A stretch of DNA of 64,000 bases from an uncultured bacterium (lineage in GTDB: Bacteria > Zixibacteria > MSB-5A5 > UBA10806). The stretch is from contig CBEUCH010000004.1 in the NCBI GenBank assembly GCA_965541585.1, positions 160,001 to 224,000 on the forward strand, given 5' to 3'. The notes beneath the pieces were generated by a model. That model worked only from the letters and a program-made list of their open reading frames with translations. It did not search any database and was not told where the DNA came from. This document shows positions 45,656 through 54,721 of this stretch, in pieces (the first letter of the stretch is position 1; the number at the start of each line of letters is the position of its first letter). A program made the translations under genes and the position numbers.

Positions 45656-47200
45656 ATGAAGCTTTGCACTCCCAAACAGATGCAGAATATCGATCGTCGT
45701 GCTATCGACGGTATGAAAATACCCGGCCTGGAGTTGATGGAAGTTGCCGGCAGCCGCGTCGTGGAGGCCATCACCGAGCAGTACGGCGATATCACCGGCC
45801 AGGTTATCACCATCGTCTGCGGCAAGGGTAACAATGGCGGCGACGGCCTGGTAGCAGCCCGATACCTTCACGAAAAAGGCGCCAAAATAGAAATCTTCCT
45901 AACGGGCCTTGCCGGTTCAGTTGAAGGCGACGCCAAAACCAATCTCAAGCGGGCTGAGAAGATAGGGCTTTATGTCAAGGAGATCGATGATCCGAATGAC
46001 TTTGCAATAGATAACAGCTCAAATATTATAATCGATGCCATATTCGGCACCGGTTTTTCAGGCGATATCAAGGCTCCTTATGATGAGATAATCTCTAAAA
46101 TCAATGATCATCCCGCATCGGTAGTGGCGATCGACGCTCCCAGCGGTCTCGATGGGGCAACCGGAGCGGTGGCCGAACCTTGCGTTCGTGCCGATATGAC
46201 CGTTACGTTCGGCCTGCCGAAATTCGGCCAGGCGGTCTACCCCGGTAAGGAATATTGCGGCCTGCTTTTGGTGGCCGATATCGGATTCCCGGACGAGGCT
46301 ATCGAACAGGAGGATATCGATCGGTATCTTCTAATGGAGGATGAAGCGACCGCCATGCTCCCCCGCCGCGCTCCCGATTCGCATAAAGGAGATTTCGGCA
46401 AGCTATTCGTTCTCGCCGGTTCCGAGGGATTTACAGGCGCTGGCGCCATGACCGCTGAGGCCGGCCTGCGATCCGGTACCGGCCTGGTAATCCTCGGCTG
46501 TCCATCCGGCCTGAACGATATCTTCGAGCAGAAACTAACGGAGGTCATGACCAGACCACTACCCCAGGTGCGCAAGAGGCGATGCCTGGCTCTGCGCGGC
46601 TTGGGCGAAGTTCGTGAGATGGTCAAGTGGGCCGATGCCGTGGCGGTGGGGCCGGGGATCGGCACATATCATGAGACCCGCGATCTGATTTTCCGGCTGA
46701 TAGCAAAGCTGGATAAGCCGGCGGTATTCGACGCCGACGCCTTGAACATACTGGCTAAAAACATGGATTATCTGAAAGGCCATTCCGCTCCCCTGGTGAT
46801 ATCACCGCACCCCGGTGAGATGTCGCGCCTGACCGGAAAGACAATCGAGCAGATCGAAAAAAACAGGATCGATATTGCATTGGAGTTCGCCGAAGAATTC
46901 AACCTCGTCTGCATTCTAAAAGGCGCACCATCGGTGATTGCCGCGCCGTCGGGTCACGCCTGGATCAATCCCACCGGCAACGAGGGGATGGCCACCGCCG
47001 GTTCGGGTGATGTCCTGACCGGTCTCATCGGCGGTTTTCTGGCGCAGGGCCTGATGGATATCGACGCCGCCGTGCTTGGCTGTTATGTCCACGGCAAGGC
47101 GGGCGACCTGGCCTCTGAGAGCCTCGGCTCCCGCGGCATGATTGCGGGGGATATACTGCAGATGGTACCATTGGCGCTGCGGGAGCTGGAGGAGGGGTGA
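45656..47200 (+). CDS. nnr: Bifunctional NAD(P)H-hydrate epimerase/dehydratase
   Basis: GKGNNGGDG, DAIFGTG, D.PSG, SHKG.FG, GPG.G, DADAL, PHPGEM.RL, GSGDVL. Confidence 0.93.
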   Translation: MKLCTPKQMQNIDRRAIDGMKIPGLELMEVAGSRVVEAITEQYGDITGQVITIVCGKGNNGGDGLVAARYLHEKGAKIEIFLTGLAGSVEGDAKTNLKRAEKIGLYVKEIDDPNDFAIDNSSNIIIDAIFGTGFSGDIKAPYDEIISKINDHPASVVAIDAPSGLDGATGAVAEPCVRADMTVTFGLPKFGQAVYPGKEYCGLLLVADIGFPDEAIEQEDIDRYLLMEDEATAMLPRRAPDSHKGDFGKLFVLAGSEGFTGAGAMTAEAGLRSGTGLVILGCPSGLNDIFEQKLTEVMTRPLPQVRKRRCLALRGLGEVREMVKWADAVAVGPGIGTYHETRDLIFRLIAKLDKPAVFDADALNILAKNMDYLKGHSAPLVISPHPGEMSRLTGKTIEQIEKNRIDIALEFAEEFNLVCILKGAPSVIAAPSGHAWINPTGNEGMATAGSGDVLTGLIGGFLAQGLMDIDAAVLGCYVHGKAGDLASESLGSRGMIAGDILQMVPLALRELEEG

Positions 47201-47206
47201 TATCTT

Positions 47207-47229
47207 GTAGGTCAGGCCTGGGATTTGAC
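47207..47229 (+). repeat. Single chimeric GTAG REP
   Basis: GTAGGTCAGGCC (REPIN left-arm half) joined to GGGATTTGAC (half of the 32425-type REP). Confidence 0.65.
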
Positions 47230-47253
47230 TCATAGTAAAAGGAATTCAGTTTT

Positions 47254-47322
47254 GTAGGTCAGGCCGCCTGCGGCCTGACAAAAGAGGGCATTGAATGTCA
47301 GTTCCCGGGGGAACTGACCTAC
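47254..47322. repeat. REP doublet (REPIN) 1
   Basis: GTAGGTCAGGCCGCCTGCGGCCTGAC, 17-nt spacer, GTCAGTTCCCGGGGGAACTGACCTAC. Confidence 0.92.
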
Positions 47323-47354
47323 AAAATAGCGTATTTGCGAAAGGGGTCGGTAAA

Positions 47355-47729
47355 ATGAGAATATCTAAATTAATCGCATTAATTTCCTTATTTATGATTA
47401 CGTGCATTATTACATTGACCGCTCTTCCTCAAGAAAAAGAACATAATTCTATGTCATCAATTCAATTTGACGACAAGCCCTCAAATATGTTCCTTCCGAA
47501 AAACGGATGCGTTCCCGATAAGGCTACAGCTATTAAAATAGCCGAAGCTGTTTGGTTTCCTTTGTATAGAGAATCTATCTATAAGCAGAAACCTTTTAAA
47601 GTCGAGTTATTGAATGACAGCTTATGGGTAGTTGTTGGGACTCTTCAACCAAATATGCTTGGGGGTGTTGCCTATATTGAAATTTCAAAAAAAGATAGCA
47701 AAATATTTGGAATTAGGCACGGTAAATAA
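47355..47729 (+). CDS. YbbC/YhhH-like (NTF2-fold immunity family) secreted protein
   Basis: Signal peptide. 'G.VPDKATAIKIAEAVW.P.Y...I..QKPF...L....W.V.GTL...GGV..IEI.K.D.KI....H.K'. AT-rich. The ORF-track start at 47295 lies inside the REP. Confidence 0.75.
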   Translation: MRISKLIALISLFMITCIITLTALPQEKEHNSMSSIQFDDKPSNMFLPKNGCVPDKATAIKIAEAVWFPLYRESIYKQKPFKVELLNDSLWVVVGTLQPNMLGGVAYIEISKKDSKIFGIRHGK

Positions 47730-47739
47730 TAAAAGAATT

Positions 47740-47804
47740 GTAGGTCAGGCCGCCTGCGGCCTGACAAAAGCATTGAATGTCAGTTCCCGGGGGAACTGAC
47801 CTAC
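47740..47804. repeat. REP doublet (REPIN) 2
   Basis: Arms identical to REPIN 1. The spacer is 4 nt shorter. Confidence 0.92.
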
Positions 47805-47844
47805 TAAAGACGAGGATTTAGCATTTTTAAGCCAAGAATCAATT

Positions 47845-48342
47845 ATGTCGATTCTACGAAGGTATAATTTCCCGGGCGCTATTTATTTTATCACCAATAA
47901 TACTCACGATCGTCAACCCTTTTTGGTGGCAGAGGTTGATCTGTTTTGGCTTGCTATAGAGACCATGAAAAAGAGATCTCTATTCGATTTGATCGCCTGG
48001 GTCATCTTGCCTGATCATTTTCATATAATTATCGATCCTCTTGAGAATAATATTTCCGAATTAATGAAACGTATCAAGCTCTCATTCTCAATGAACTATA
48101 GAAAAAAGCAAAGTCTGAAAAATCTGAATGTCTGGCAAAAGCGTTTTTGGGATCATATCATTAGGAATCAAGACGATTTCAACAGACATATAGATTACAT
48201 CCACTATAATCCAGTAAAGCACGGCCTTGCAAATAATCCGCTCGATTATAAACATTCATCCATAAGCAAATTCTCGGAATATTATCAAGAAGATTGGGGT
48301 GTAACAGAGAAAATCAAATTTAATGGTGATTATGGAGAATAA
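47845..48342 (+). mobile_element. REP-associated tyrosine transposase (RAYT, Y1 HUH transposase)
   Basis: 'G..YFIT..T..R', HUH motif PDHFH, 'WQKRFWDHIIR', 'YIHYNPVKHG'. Flanked on both sides by REP doublets. Confidence 0.92.
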
Positions 48343-48353
48343 AAAATAGTTTT

Positions 48354-48422
48354 GTAGGTCAGGCGGCCTGCGGCCAGACAAAAGAGGGTATTGAATGTCA
48401 GTCCCCGGGGGAACTGACCTAC
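48354..48422. repeat. REP doublet (REPIN) 3, slightly diverged
   Basis: GTAGGTCAGGCGGCCTGCGGCCAGAC...GTCAGTCCCCGGGGGAACTGACCTAC. Confidence 0.9.
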
Positions 48423-48436
48423 TAAAGACTCTCCTC

Positions 48437-48474
48437 GTCATCGCGAGGAGTTCTACGGACGACGAAGCGATCTC
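48437..48474 (+). repeat. Half of a GTCAT(T/C)GCGAG...GAAGC(A/G)ATC-type palindromic element
   Basis: GTCATCGCGAGGAG...CGACGAAGCGATCTC. Confidence 0.55.
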
Positions 48475-48504
48475 ATCTGTTGAATACATGAATCAGGAGC
48501 AACA

Positions 48505-49701
48505 ATGAATACAATCAAAACCAGAATAGAACAGCTCGCTAAAAAGCACGGCTCCGCCATGATCCAACTGCGCCGGAAACTCCATCAAAATCCGGAGACC
48601 GCGCTGGAGGAATTCCAAACACAGAAAACCATCGCCGCCAAGCTCAAAGGGGCCGGATGCCGAGTCAATACAAAGATCTGGAAAACCGCGGTGGTCGGCC
48701 TGCTCGAGGGGAAGCATAAGGGGATGACCGTCGGTATCAGGTCGGATATGGATGCTCTCCCGGTAACCGAGAAAACCGGCTACTCATTCGCCAGCAGGAA
48801 CAAGGGCAAGATGCACGCCTGCGGCCATGACGTGCATATGTCGCTCGTCTGGGGAGCAGCGAAGATCTTGAGCGAGCTTCGCCACGAGTTGCATGGAAAT
48901 ATCAAATTCATATATCAACCATCGGAGGAGATAACCCCCGGCGGGGCTAAATTCCTAATCCGAAAAGGTGTCTTGAAAAACCCGAAGGTCGATATGGTTT
49001 TCGGCCTGCATGTCGATACTACGCTGCCTGTCGGTAAAATCGGTTTCTATGACGGTGCTATGATGGCGGAGGCGGACGATTTCGATATCGAGATCATAGG
49101 AAAATCCGGTCACGCCGCCCGCCCACATGAAACGGTGGACCCCATCATGGTGGCCGCCAACGTGGTAACGGCGCTACAGAATATATCATCCCGGCAGGTC
49201 GACCCGCTAAACCCGGTGGTGGTGACCATCGGCTCCATCCACGGCGGGACCACATTCAATGTGATCCCCGAAAGCGTTGCTATAAAAGGAACTGCCCGTA
49301 CTCTGGAAAAGAAGTTGACCCGCGATATTCCCGGGATGATCGAAAAGATCATAGCCGGTGTCTGCAAAACCTATGGCGCCCGATACAGATTTGACTACCG
49401 TAAGGGGTATCCGATTACCGTCAATGACAAACGGGTGAACGATATCTACCGCGCAGTGGCAAAGGAGCTTTACGGCAAGCGGTCTATCGTGGAATTGACA
49501 GAACCGGTCATGGGTGCCGAGGATTTTTCCTATTTTACACAGGCTGTACCGGCCGCCATGATGCGGTTGGGCGTGGGCAACCCGAAAATCGGCGCCGATA
49601 AACCGTGGCATAGCTCGGAGTTTAAGATCGACGAGAGGGCGATACCTATAGGAGCGGCGTTGCTGGCTATGGCGATATCGCGGATGTTATTGCAGGCTTG
49701 A
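48505..49701 (+). CDS. M20D-family amidohydrolase
   Basis: RR.LH.NPE, RSDMDALP, MHACGHD, QPSEE, G.SGH.A.PH, AEDFS. Confidence 0.93.
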   Translation: MNTIKTRIEQLAKKHGSAMIQLRRKLHQNPETALEEFQTQKTIAAKLKGAGCRVNTKIWKTAVVGLLEGKHKGMTVGIRSDMDALPVTEKTGYSFASRNKGKMHACGHDVHMSLVWGAAKILSELRHELHGNIKFIYQPSEEITPGGAKFLIRKGVLKNPKVDMVFGLHVDTTLPVGKIGFYDGAMMAEADDFDIEIIGKSGHAARPHETVDPIMVAANVVTALQNISSRQVDPLNPVVVTIGSIHGGTTFNVIPESVAIKGTARTLEKKLTRDIPGMIEKIIAGVCKTYGARYRFDYRKGYPITVNDKRVNDIYRAVAKELYGKRSIVELTEPVMGAEDFSYFTQAVPAAMMRLGVGNPKIGADKPWHSSEFKIDERAIPIGAALLAMAISRMLLQA

Positions 49702-49771
49702 GAATAGGTGAGATCAAGATTTCATTCCAAACGTGGCCAAACACACAGGTTTGTTCCAGCAAAGATATCGC

Positions 49772-51436
49772 CTAAACCCTCCCCCCATCGTAGCGGAACT
49801 CGCGCTTGACGGCGATGGCCACGTTGGAGAGGTGGTCGCCGATCTTTTCGAGGTTCATTATATAATCCAAAAAGATGATGCCGGTGCCGGGATCGGATCG
49901 CCCTTCGTTCATCCGCCTGAGATTGGATTCCCGGGCCTGCATATGAATATCGTTGACTCTCTTTTCAACCTCTAAGACTTCCGACGCTTTCTTATAATCA
50001 ACATCCGGTAGTGATTCGATAATAAGCGAGAGCATTTCGCAGATGGCATCGTACATCTTTTTCAACTCCGCCTTACCCTCATCGGTGAACTTCACCCTCT
50101 CATCGAGTACCCGGTCCGTCAGTTCGCCCAGGTTTTCGGCATGATCGCCGACCTTTTCTATGTCGTTTATACTGTGCAGCCAGACCGGAAGCTCATCGGC
50201 CACCTCTCGCGCCAACCGTTCCTTGGACAGAGCAACCATGTATCTGGTAATCTCCCCCTGCAAATCATCGATGGCGTCCTCGATCTTGGGGACCTCGTCA
50301 AGTCGCTTGTTGTTCCTGTCGAAAAGGCCGTCCATAGGGATGATCACCGCCTCGCGAGCCATCTCCATCATCCGCAGAACCTCCCTGCGGGCCTGAACCA
50401 ATGCCAACTGGGGCGTCTGCAAAAGCCGGCGGTCGAGATGATGAGGGGTGCCCTCGATCTGTAGTCCCTTACCTCTGGGAGTGGCGAAAATAACAGCTCT
50501 CTCTAAAAGCCCCGTAAACGGCAGCTGAATTAAAGTATTGGTTACGTTGAAAACCGTATGCGCCATTGCGATGTTGACCATGATGGTCAGCGGCGTAATC
50601 TCCCCGGGAACAATAAAATCAATCAGTTTCGGGTACAGGCCCAGCCATACGAAAGGTAGTATGTATATCACACCGATGACGTTGAAGGTCGTGTGAGCAT
50701 TGGCAGTTCGCCGGGCATTGACGCTGGATTTCATGGAGGCCAGTTGAGCTGTAATTGTTGTTCCGATATTATCGCCCAGTATCAGCGGGATGGCCGATTG
50801 GAAATCTAAAAGACCCTGCAAAGCCATAACCTGTATGATAGCGATAGTCACGGATGAGCTTTGCAACAGAACGGTGGCAGCTGCCCCTACCAGTACCCCC
50901 AGAATCGGGTTTTGGCCGAAATTAACGAATATATCTTTTACCATCTGGCTATCTTTAAGCGGGCCGAAGCCATCCTTCAACACCGCTAAACCGAGAAAAA
51001 TCAGGCCTAAACCCAGAAGCGCCCTTCCCCAGTTTCTTATCGACCGACGTTTCGCCAGGAATGTCATTCCAAAGCCAATTCCGATGGCAGGGTAAGCGTA
51101 TTGCGATATTTTAAAGACAGCGAAGGCCGACACCAGCCAGGCGGTGAAGGTGGTGCCGATATTGGCGCCCATAACCACCCCGATAGCCTGTGTCAGAGTC
51201 AGAAGACCGGAGTTGACCAGGCCGACAGCCATTACCGTCATAGCCGATGAACTCTGAATCATGGCGGTGAACCCGGCGCCCACCATTACAGCTATAACTT
51301 TATTCTTGGTCAGCATGCCGAGAATTCGTTTCAGTCTCTCGCCGGAAATGCTCTTCAGACCCTCGGACATTAGCCTCATTCCATAGAGGAATAGACCCAG
51401 CCCGCCTATGGTCCCGAAAATGATTTCTCTGGTCAT
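49772..51436 (-). CDS. Na/Pi cotransporter family protein with PhoU domains
   Basis: GGLGLFLYGM, two QSSS motifs, GANIGTT/GDNIGTT, and two E(K/R)(V/I)GDH PhoU repeats. Confidence 0.93.
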   Translation of the reverse strand: MTREIIFGTIGGLGLFLYGMRLMSEGLKSISGERLKRILGMLTKNKVIAVMVGAGFTAMIQSSSAMTVMAVGLVNSGLLTLTQAIGVVMGANIGTTFTAWLVSAFAVFKISQYAYPAIGIGFGMTFLAKRRSIRNWGRALLGLGLIFLGLAVLKDGFGPLKDSQMVKDIFVNFGQNPILGVLVGAAATVLLQSSSVTIAIIQVMALQGLLDFQSAIPLILGDNIGTTITAQLASMKSSVNARRTANAHTTFNVIGVIYILPFVWLGLYPKLIDFIVPGEITPLTIMVNIAMAHTVFNVTNTLIQLPFTGLLERAVIFATPRGKGLQIEGTPHHLDRRLLQTPQLALVQARREVLRMMEMAREAVIIPMDGLFDRNNKRLDEVPKIEDAIDDLQGEITRYMVALSKERLAREVADELPVWLHSINDIEKVGDHAENLGELTDRVLDERVKFTDEGKAELKKMYDAICEMLSLIIESLPDVDYKKASEVLEVEKRVNDIHMQARESNLRRMNEGRSDPGTGIIFLDYIMNLEKIGDHLSNVAIAVKREFRYDGGRV

Positions 51437-51545
51437 TTAGATATCTAAGATTTGATTACGGCTGGAATTTATCACCAATGCATCAAAACCGATACGATTC
51501 TAGCCCGGAAGGGCCTGCAATCACCGACATCCATAAATCGCCCCT

Positions 51546-51574
51546 ATTATATGGGTGGATTCAGCAGATGTCAA
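51546..51574 (-). promoter_or_regulatory. Consensus sigma70 promoter of the Na/Pi cotransporter
   Basis: On the minus strand: TTGACA, 17-bp spacer, TATAAT (perfect consensus). Confidence 0.8.
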
Positions 51575-51690
51575 CACCTTCGGTCCCCTTCGTACGCGAT
51601 TTTTGATAATGCCTGATAAGTTATTTTACTGCCACCGTTCACACTTTCTTTTCCGGATCCCTAACCTTCGTATGCCTTCAGAAAAACCGC

Positions 51691-51730
51691 TTGATAAAAG
51701 GGGAGAATAGGGGTATACTCCTATCCCCTT
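51691..51730 (+). promoter_or_regulatory. ppdK promoter with an inverted repeat centred on the -10 box
   Basis: TTGATA, 17-bp spacer, TATACT. AAGGGG..ATAGGGGTA/TACTCCTAT CCCCTT dyad. Confidence 0.6.
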
Positions 51731-51763
51731 TAGAAGACGATGATATTCGAATAAGGAGTGGCA

Positions 51764-54667
51764 ATGCCAGCAAGGAAGGCAAAAACGGCAACAAAGAAAA
51801 AGACTACAAAAGGTGCCAAGAAGGCTGCTTTTAGACCAAAGAAGGTCAAAAAGGCGGCCGTAACCAAAAAGAAAACAACAAAATCCGCAAAAAAACCTGC
51901 CAAAAAGGCAGTCATGGCCAAGAAGAAGGTAATCGCCAAGAAAAAAGTTCCATCCCCTAAAAAGAAGATCTTAAAGCCGGAGATAGCTCTTCCCGCCGGC
52001 AAGCTGATTTACTATTTTGGCGGTGGCAAAGCCGAGGGTGGCAGCCAAATGAAGGCTCTGCTGGGCGGCAAGGGCGCCGGGTTAGCTGAAATGACCAATA
52101 ACAGGGTACCTGTTCCCCCCGGTTTTACTATAACTACGGAGACGTGCACTCTTTTCTATCAAAACGGTATGCAGCTCCCTCAAAAATTCGAGGAGGAGAT
52201 GAGCAAGAATATCTCCAGGCTTGAAAAATCGACCGGCAAGGGCTTCGGGAATAAGAAAAATCCTCTCTTAGTATCAGTGCGATCCGGCGCAAAATTCTCC
52301 ATGCCGGGAATGATGGACACGATATTGAATCTTGGCCTCAACGACGAGACGCTCGAGGGGTTGATTCGCAAAACCGAAAACGAGAGATTCTGTTTCGACT
52401 CCTACCGTCGCTTTATCCAGATGTTCGGTAGCGTTGTGCTGGGTATAGATAAATCCGAATTCGAGACAATACTCGAATTACGAAAAAAGAAACAGCGGGT
52501 AAAGCTCGACACGGAACTGGCTGTCAGCGATCTTAAATACATTATAAGGAAATTTAAAGAACTGATCAGAGAAAAAACAGGCGAGGATCTCCCTCAATCA
52601 CCTAATGAGCAATTGATCCAGGCCCGCGATGCCGTCTTCAAATCCTGGAACAATCCTCGCGCCATAACTTACAGGCATTTGAACAACATACCGTCGGATT
52701 TGGGCACGGCCGTAAACATCCAGGCCATGGTTTTCGGTAATATGGGAGAAACATCAGCCACCGGCGTCGGCTTCACCAGAAATCCCTCAACCGGAAAGAA
52801 AGAGTTCTACGGTGAGTACCTGGCCAATGCCCAGGGCGAGGATGTTGTAGCAGGAGTAAGAACGCCGCGGCATATATCACACCTTTCCAAGGAGATGCCT
52901 AAAATTTACAAGCAGCTTAAGGATATCACACAGAAATTAGAGAAATATTATAAAGATGTCCAGGATTTCGAATTCACCATTCAGGAAGGGAAATTATATC
53001 TGCTTCAGACACGCACCGGCAAGCGAACTGCCGCCGCTGCCGTTAAGATAGCAGTCGATTTAGTCCGCGAGGGCCTCATCGACAAAAAGGAGGCCTTGAT
53101 GCGTGTTGAGCCGGAGCAATTAGAGCAGCTTTTGCATCCTGCTATCGATCCCTCGGCCACAATCAACGTAATAGCCAAAGGCCTGGCCGCATCTCCGGGA
53201 GCCGCCAGCGGCATGGTGGTGTTCTCCGCCAATGATGCCGTTCGCTTCGCCGAGGCCGGTGAGGATGTGATTCTAATAAGACAGGAGACCAACCCCGATG
53301 ATATCCATGGAATGAATGCCGCCAAAGGCATTCTAACATCGCGCGGCGGCATGACGTCTCACGCTGCCGTAGTGGCCAGGGGAATGGGTAAGTGCTGTAT
53401 CGCGGGCGCCGAGGATATCAAGGTATATGAGGTGGACAGGAAAATGATTGTCGGTGGCAATGTCGTAAAGGAGGGAGATGCTATCACGTTGAATGGCAGC
53501 ACCGGTCAGGTTATACTCGGCCAGGTCCCCACTATCGCGCCCCGGATGACCGGTGAGTTTGGCACGTTCATGAAATGGGCCGATGGATTCCGAACCCTGG
53601 GGATCCGTACTAACGCCGATACTCCCGCAGACGCCTCACAGGCCGTAGCTTTCGGCGCCGAGGGGATAGGGCTTTGTCGGACAGAGCATATGTTCTTCGC
53701 TCCCGACAGGATAGCCATCATGAAGGAAATGATACTCGCTCCCGACGAGATAGCACGCCGCGAAGCGCTCGATAAACTCCTGCCGTTCCAGAAAAAAGAT
53801 TTCAAGGGGATATTCGAAGTCATGGATGGCAGGCCTGTTACTATTCGCACCATCGATCCCCCACTCCACGAGTTTCTGCCCGACAGAAACCTGGTCTTAG
53901 AAGAGATCGAGGATCTGAAAAAAAAGGGCGCCTGGGAGGATGAGATTAAGCAAAGAGAACAAATTCTCACCAGGATCGATGAGCTTAAGGAATTCAACCC
54001 GATGCTGGGCCATAGAGGATGCCGTCTTGGTATCACCTATCCCGAGATAACCGAGATGCAGGCCCGGGCTATTCTCTCCGCCGCCTGCGAGGTGGCCCGC
54101 GGCCGCAAGGCCAAAGCGCCGGTAGTCGAGATTATGATACCGCTCGTGGGCACTGTTGATGAATTGAGAAATCAGAAAGACGTGATAAACAGAGTGGCCG
54201 ATGAGGTCATGAAAAAATATAAAGTCGAGATTCAATACCTCGTGGGAACCATGATCGAGGTGCCGCGTGGCGCCGTAACCGCCGACGAGATCGCCAAGGA
54301 GGCGGACTTCTTCAGCTTCGGAACGAACGATCTAACCCAAATGGCTTTCGGCTACTCGCGTGATGATGCCGCAAAGTTCCTGAAGGTCTATCTTGAAAAA
54401 GGAATACTGCAGAAGGATCCCTTTGTTACGCTTGACAGGGATGGTGTCGGCCAACTTATATCTCTTGCGATCGAGAAAGCGAAGAAGGTCCGCCCGGACT
54501 TGAAGATCGGGATCTGCGGAGAGCACGGAGGCGATCCGGAATCTATCAACTTCTTCCACGACGTCGGCATGGACTACGTATCGGCCTCGCCCTATCGTGT
54601 GCCCATTGCTCGATTGGCGGCAGCGAGGGCCGTTCTCGGTAAGAGTGAATACACGCAAGAGCAATAA
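51764..54667 (+). CDS. ppdK: Pyruvate, phosphate dikinase with Lys/Ala-rich N-terminal extension
   Basis: LLGGKGA, PLLVSVRSGA..SMPGMMDT, NAQGEDVVAG, GGMTSHAAVVAR, GIGLCRTEHMF, NPMLGHRGCR, SFGTNDL, GICGEHGG. TAAGGAG RBS. Confidence 0.96.
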   Translation: MPARKAKTATKKKTTKGAKKAAFRPKKVKKAAVTKKKTTKSAKKPAKKAVMAKKKVIAKKKVPSPKKKILKPEIALPAGKLIYYFGGGKAEGGSQMKALLGGKGAGLAEMTNNRVPVPPGFTITTETCTLFYQNGMQLPQKFEEEMSKNISRLEKSTGKGFGNKKNPLLVSVRSGAKFSMPGMMDTILNLGLNDETLEGLIRKTENERFCFDSYRRFIQMFGSVVLGIDKSEFETILELRKKKQRVKLDTELAVSDLKYIIRKFKELIREKTGEDLPQSPNEQLIQARDAVFKSWNNPRAITYRHLNNIPSDLGTAVNIQAMVFGNMGETSATGVGFTRNPSTGKKEFYGEYLANAQGEDVVAGVRTPRHISHLSKEMPKIYKQLKDITQKLEKYYKDVQDFEFTIQEGKLYLLQTRTGKRTAAAAVKIAVDLVREGLIDKKEALMRVEPEQLEQLLHPAIDPSATINVIAKGLAASPGAASGMVVFSANDAVRFAEAGEDVILIRQETNPDDIHGMNAAKGILTSRGGMTSHAAVVARGMGKCCIAGAEDIKVYEVDRKMIVGGNVVKEGDAITLNGSTGQVILGQVPTIAPRMTGEFGTFMKWADGFRTLGIRTNADTPADASQAVAFGAEGIGLCRTEHMFFAPDRIAIMKEMILAPDEIARREALDKLLPFQKKDFKGIFEVMDGRPVTIRTIDPPLHEFLPDRNLVLEEIEDLKKKGAWEDEIKQREQILTRIDELKEFNPMLGHRGCRLGITYPEITEMQARAILSAACEVARGRKAKAPVVEIMIPLVGTVDELRNQKDVINRVADEVMKKYKVEIQYLVGTMIEVPRGAVTADEIAKEADFFSFGTNDLTQMAFGYSRDDAAKFLKVYLEKGILQKDPFVTLDRDGVGQLISLAIEKAKKVRPDLKIGICGEHGGDPESINFFHDVGMDYVSASPYRVPIARLAAARAVLGKSEYTQEQ

Positions 54668-54721
54668 TGGTGGCTCTGCCCGCCACCAATGACCGTCCTT
54701 TCTTATTCGGAGGAAAGGTTT

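Noticed and set aside
47295..47354. N-terminal extension of the immunity-like ORF, and ORFs 48256-48489 and 43259-43538
   Set aside because: These read through REP sequences and are artefacts of the repeats.
47254..48422. Three near-identical ~65-69-bp repeats considered as a CRISPR array or integron attC sites
   Set aside because: The spacings are gene-sized. No cas gene or tyrosine-recombinase integrase is present. The GTAG hairpins and the adjacent HUH transposase identify them as REP doublets.
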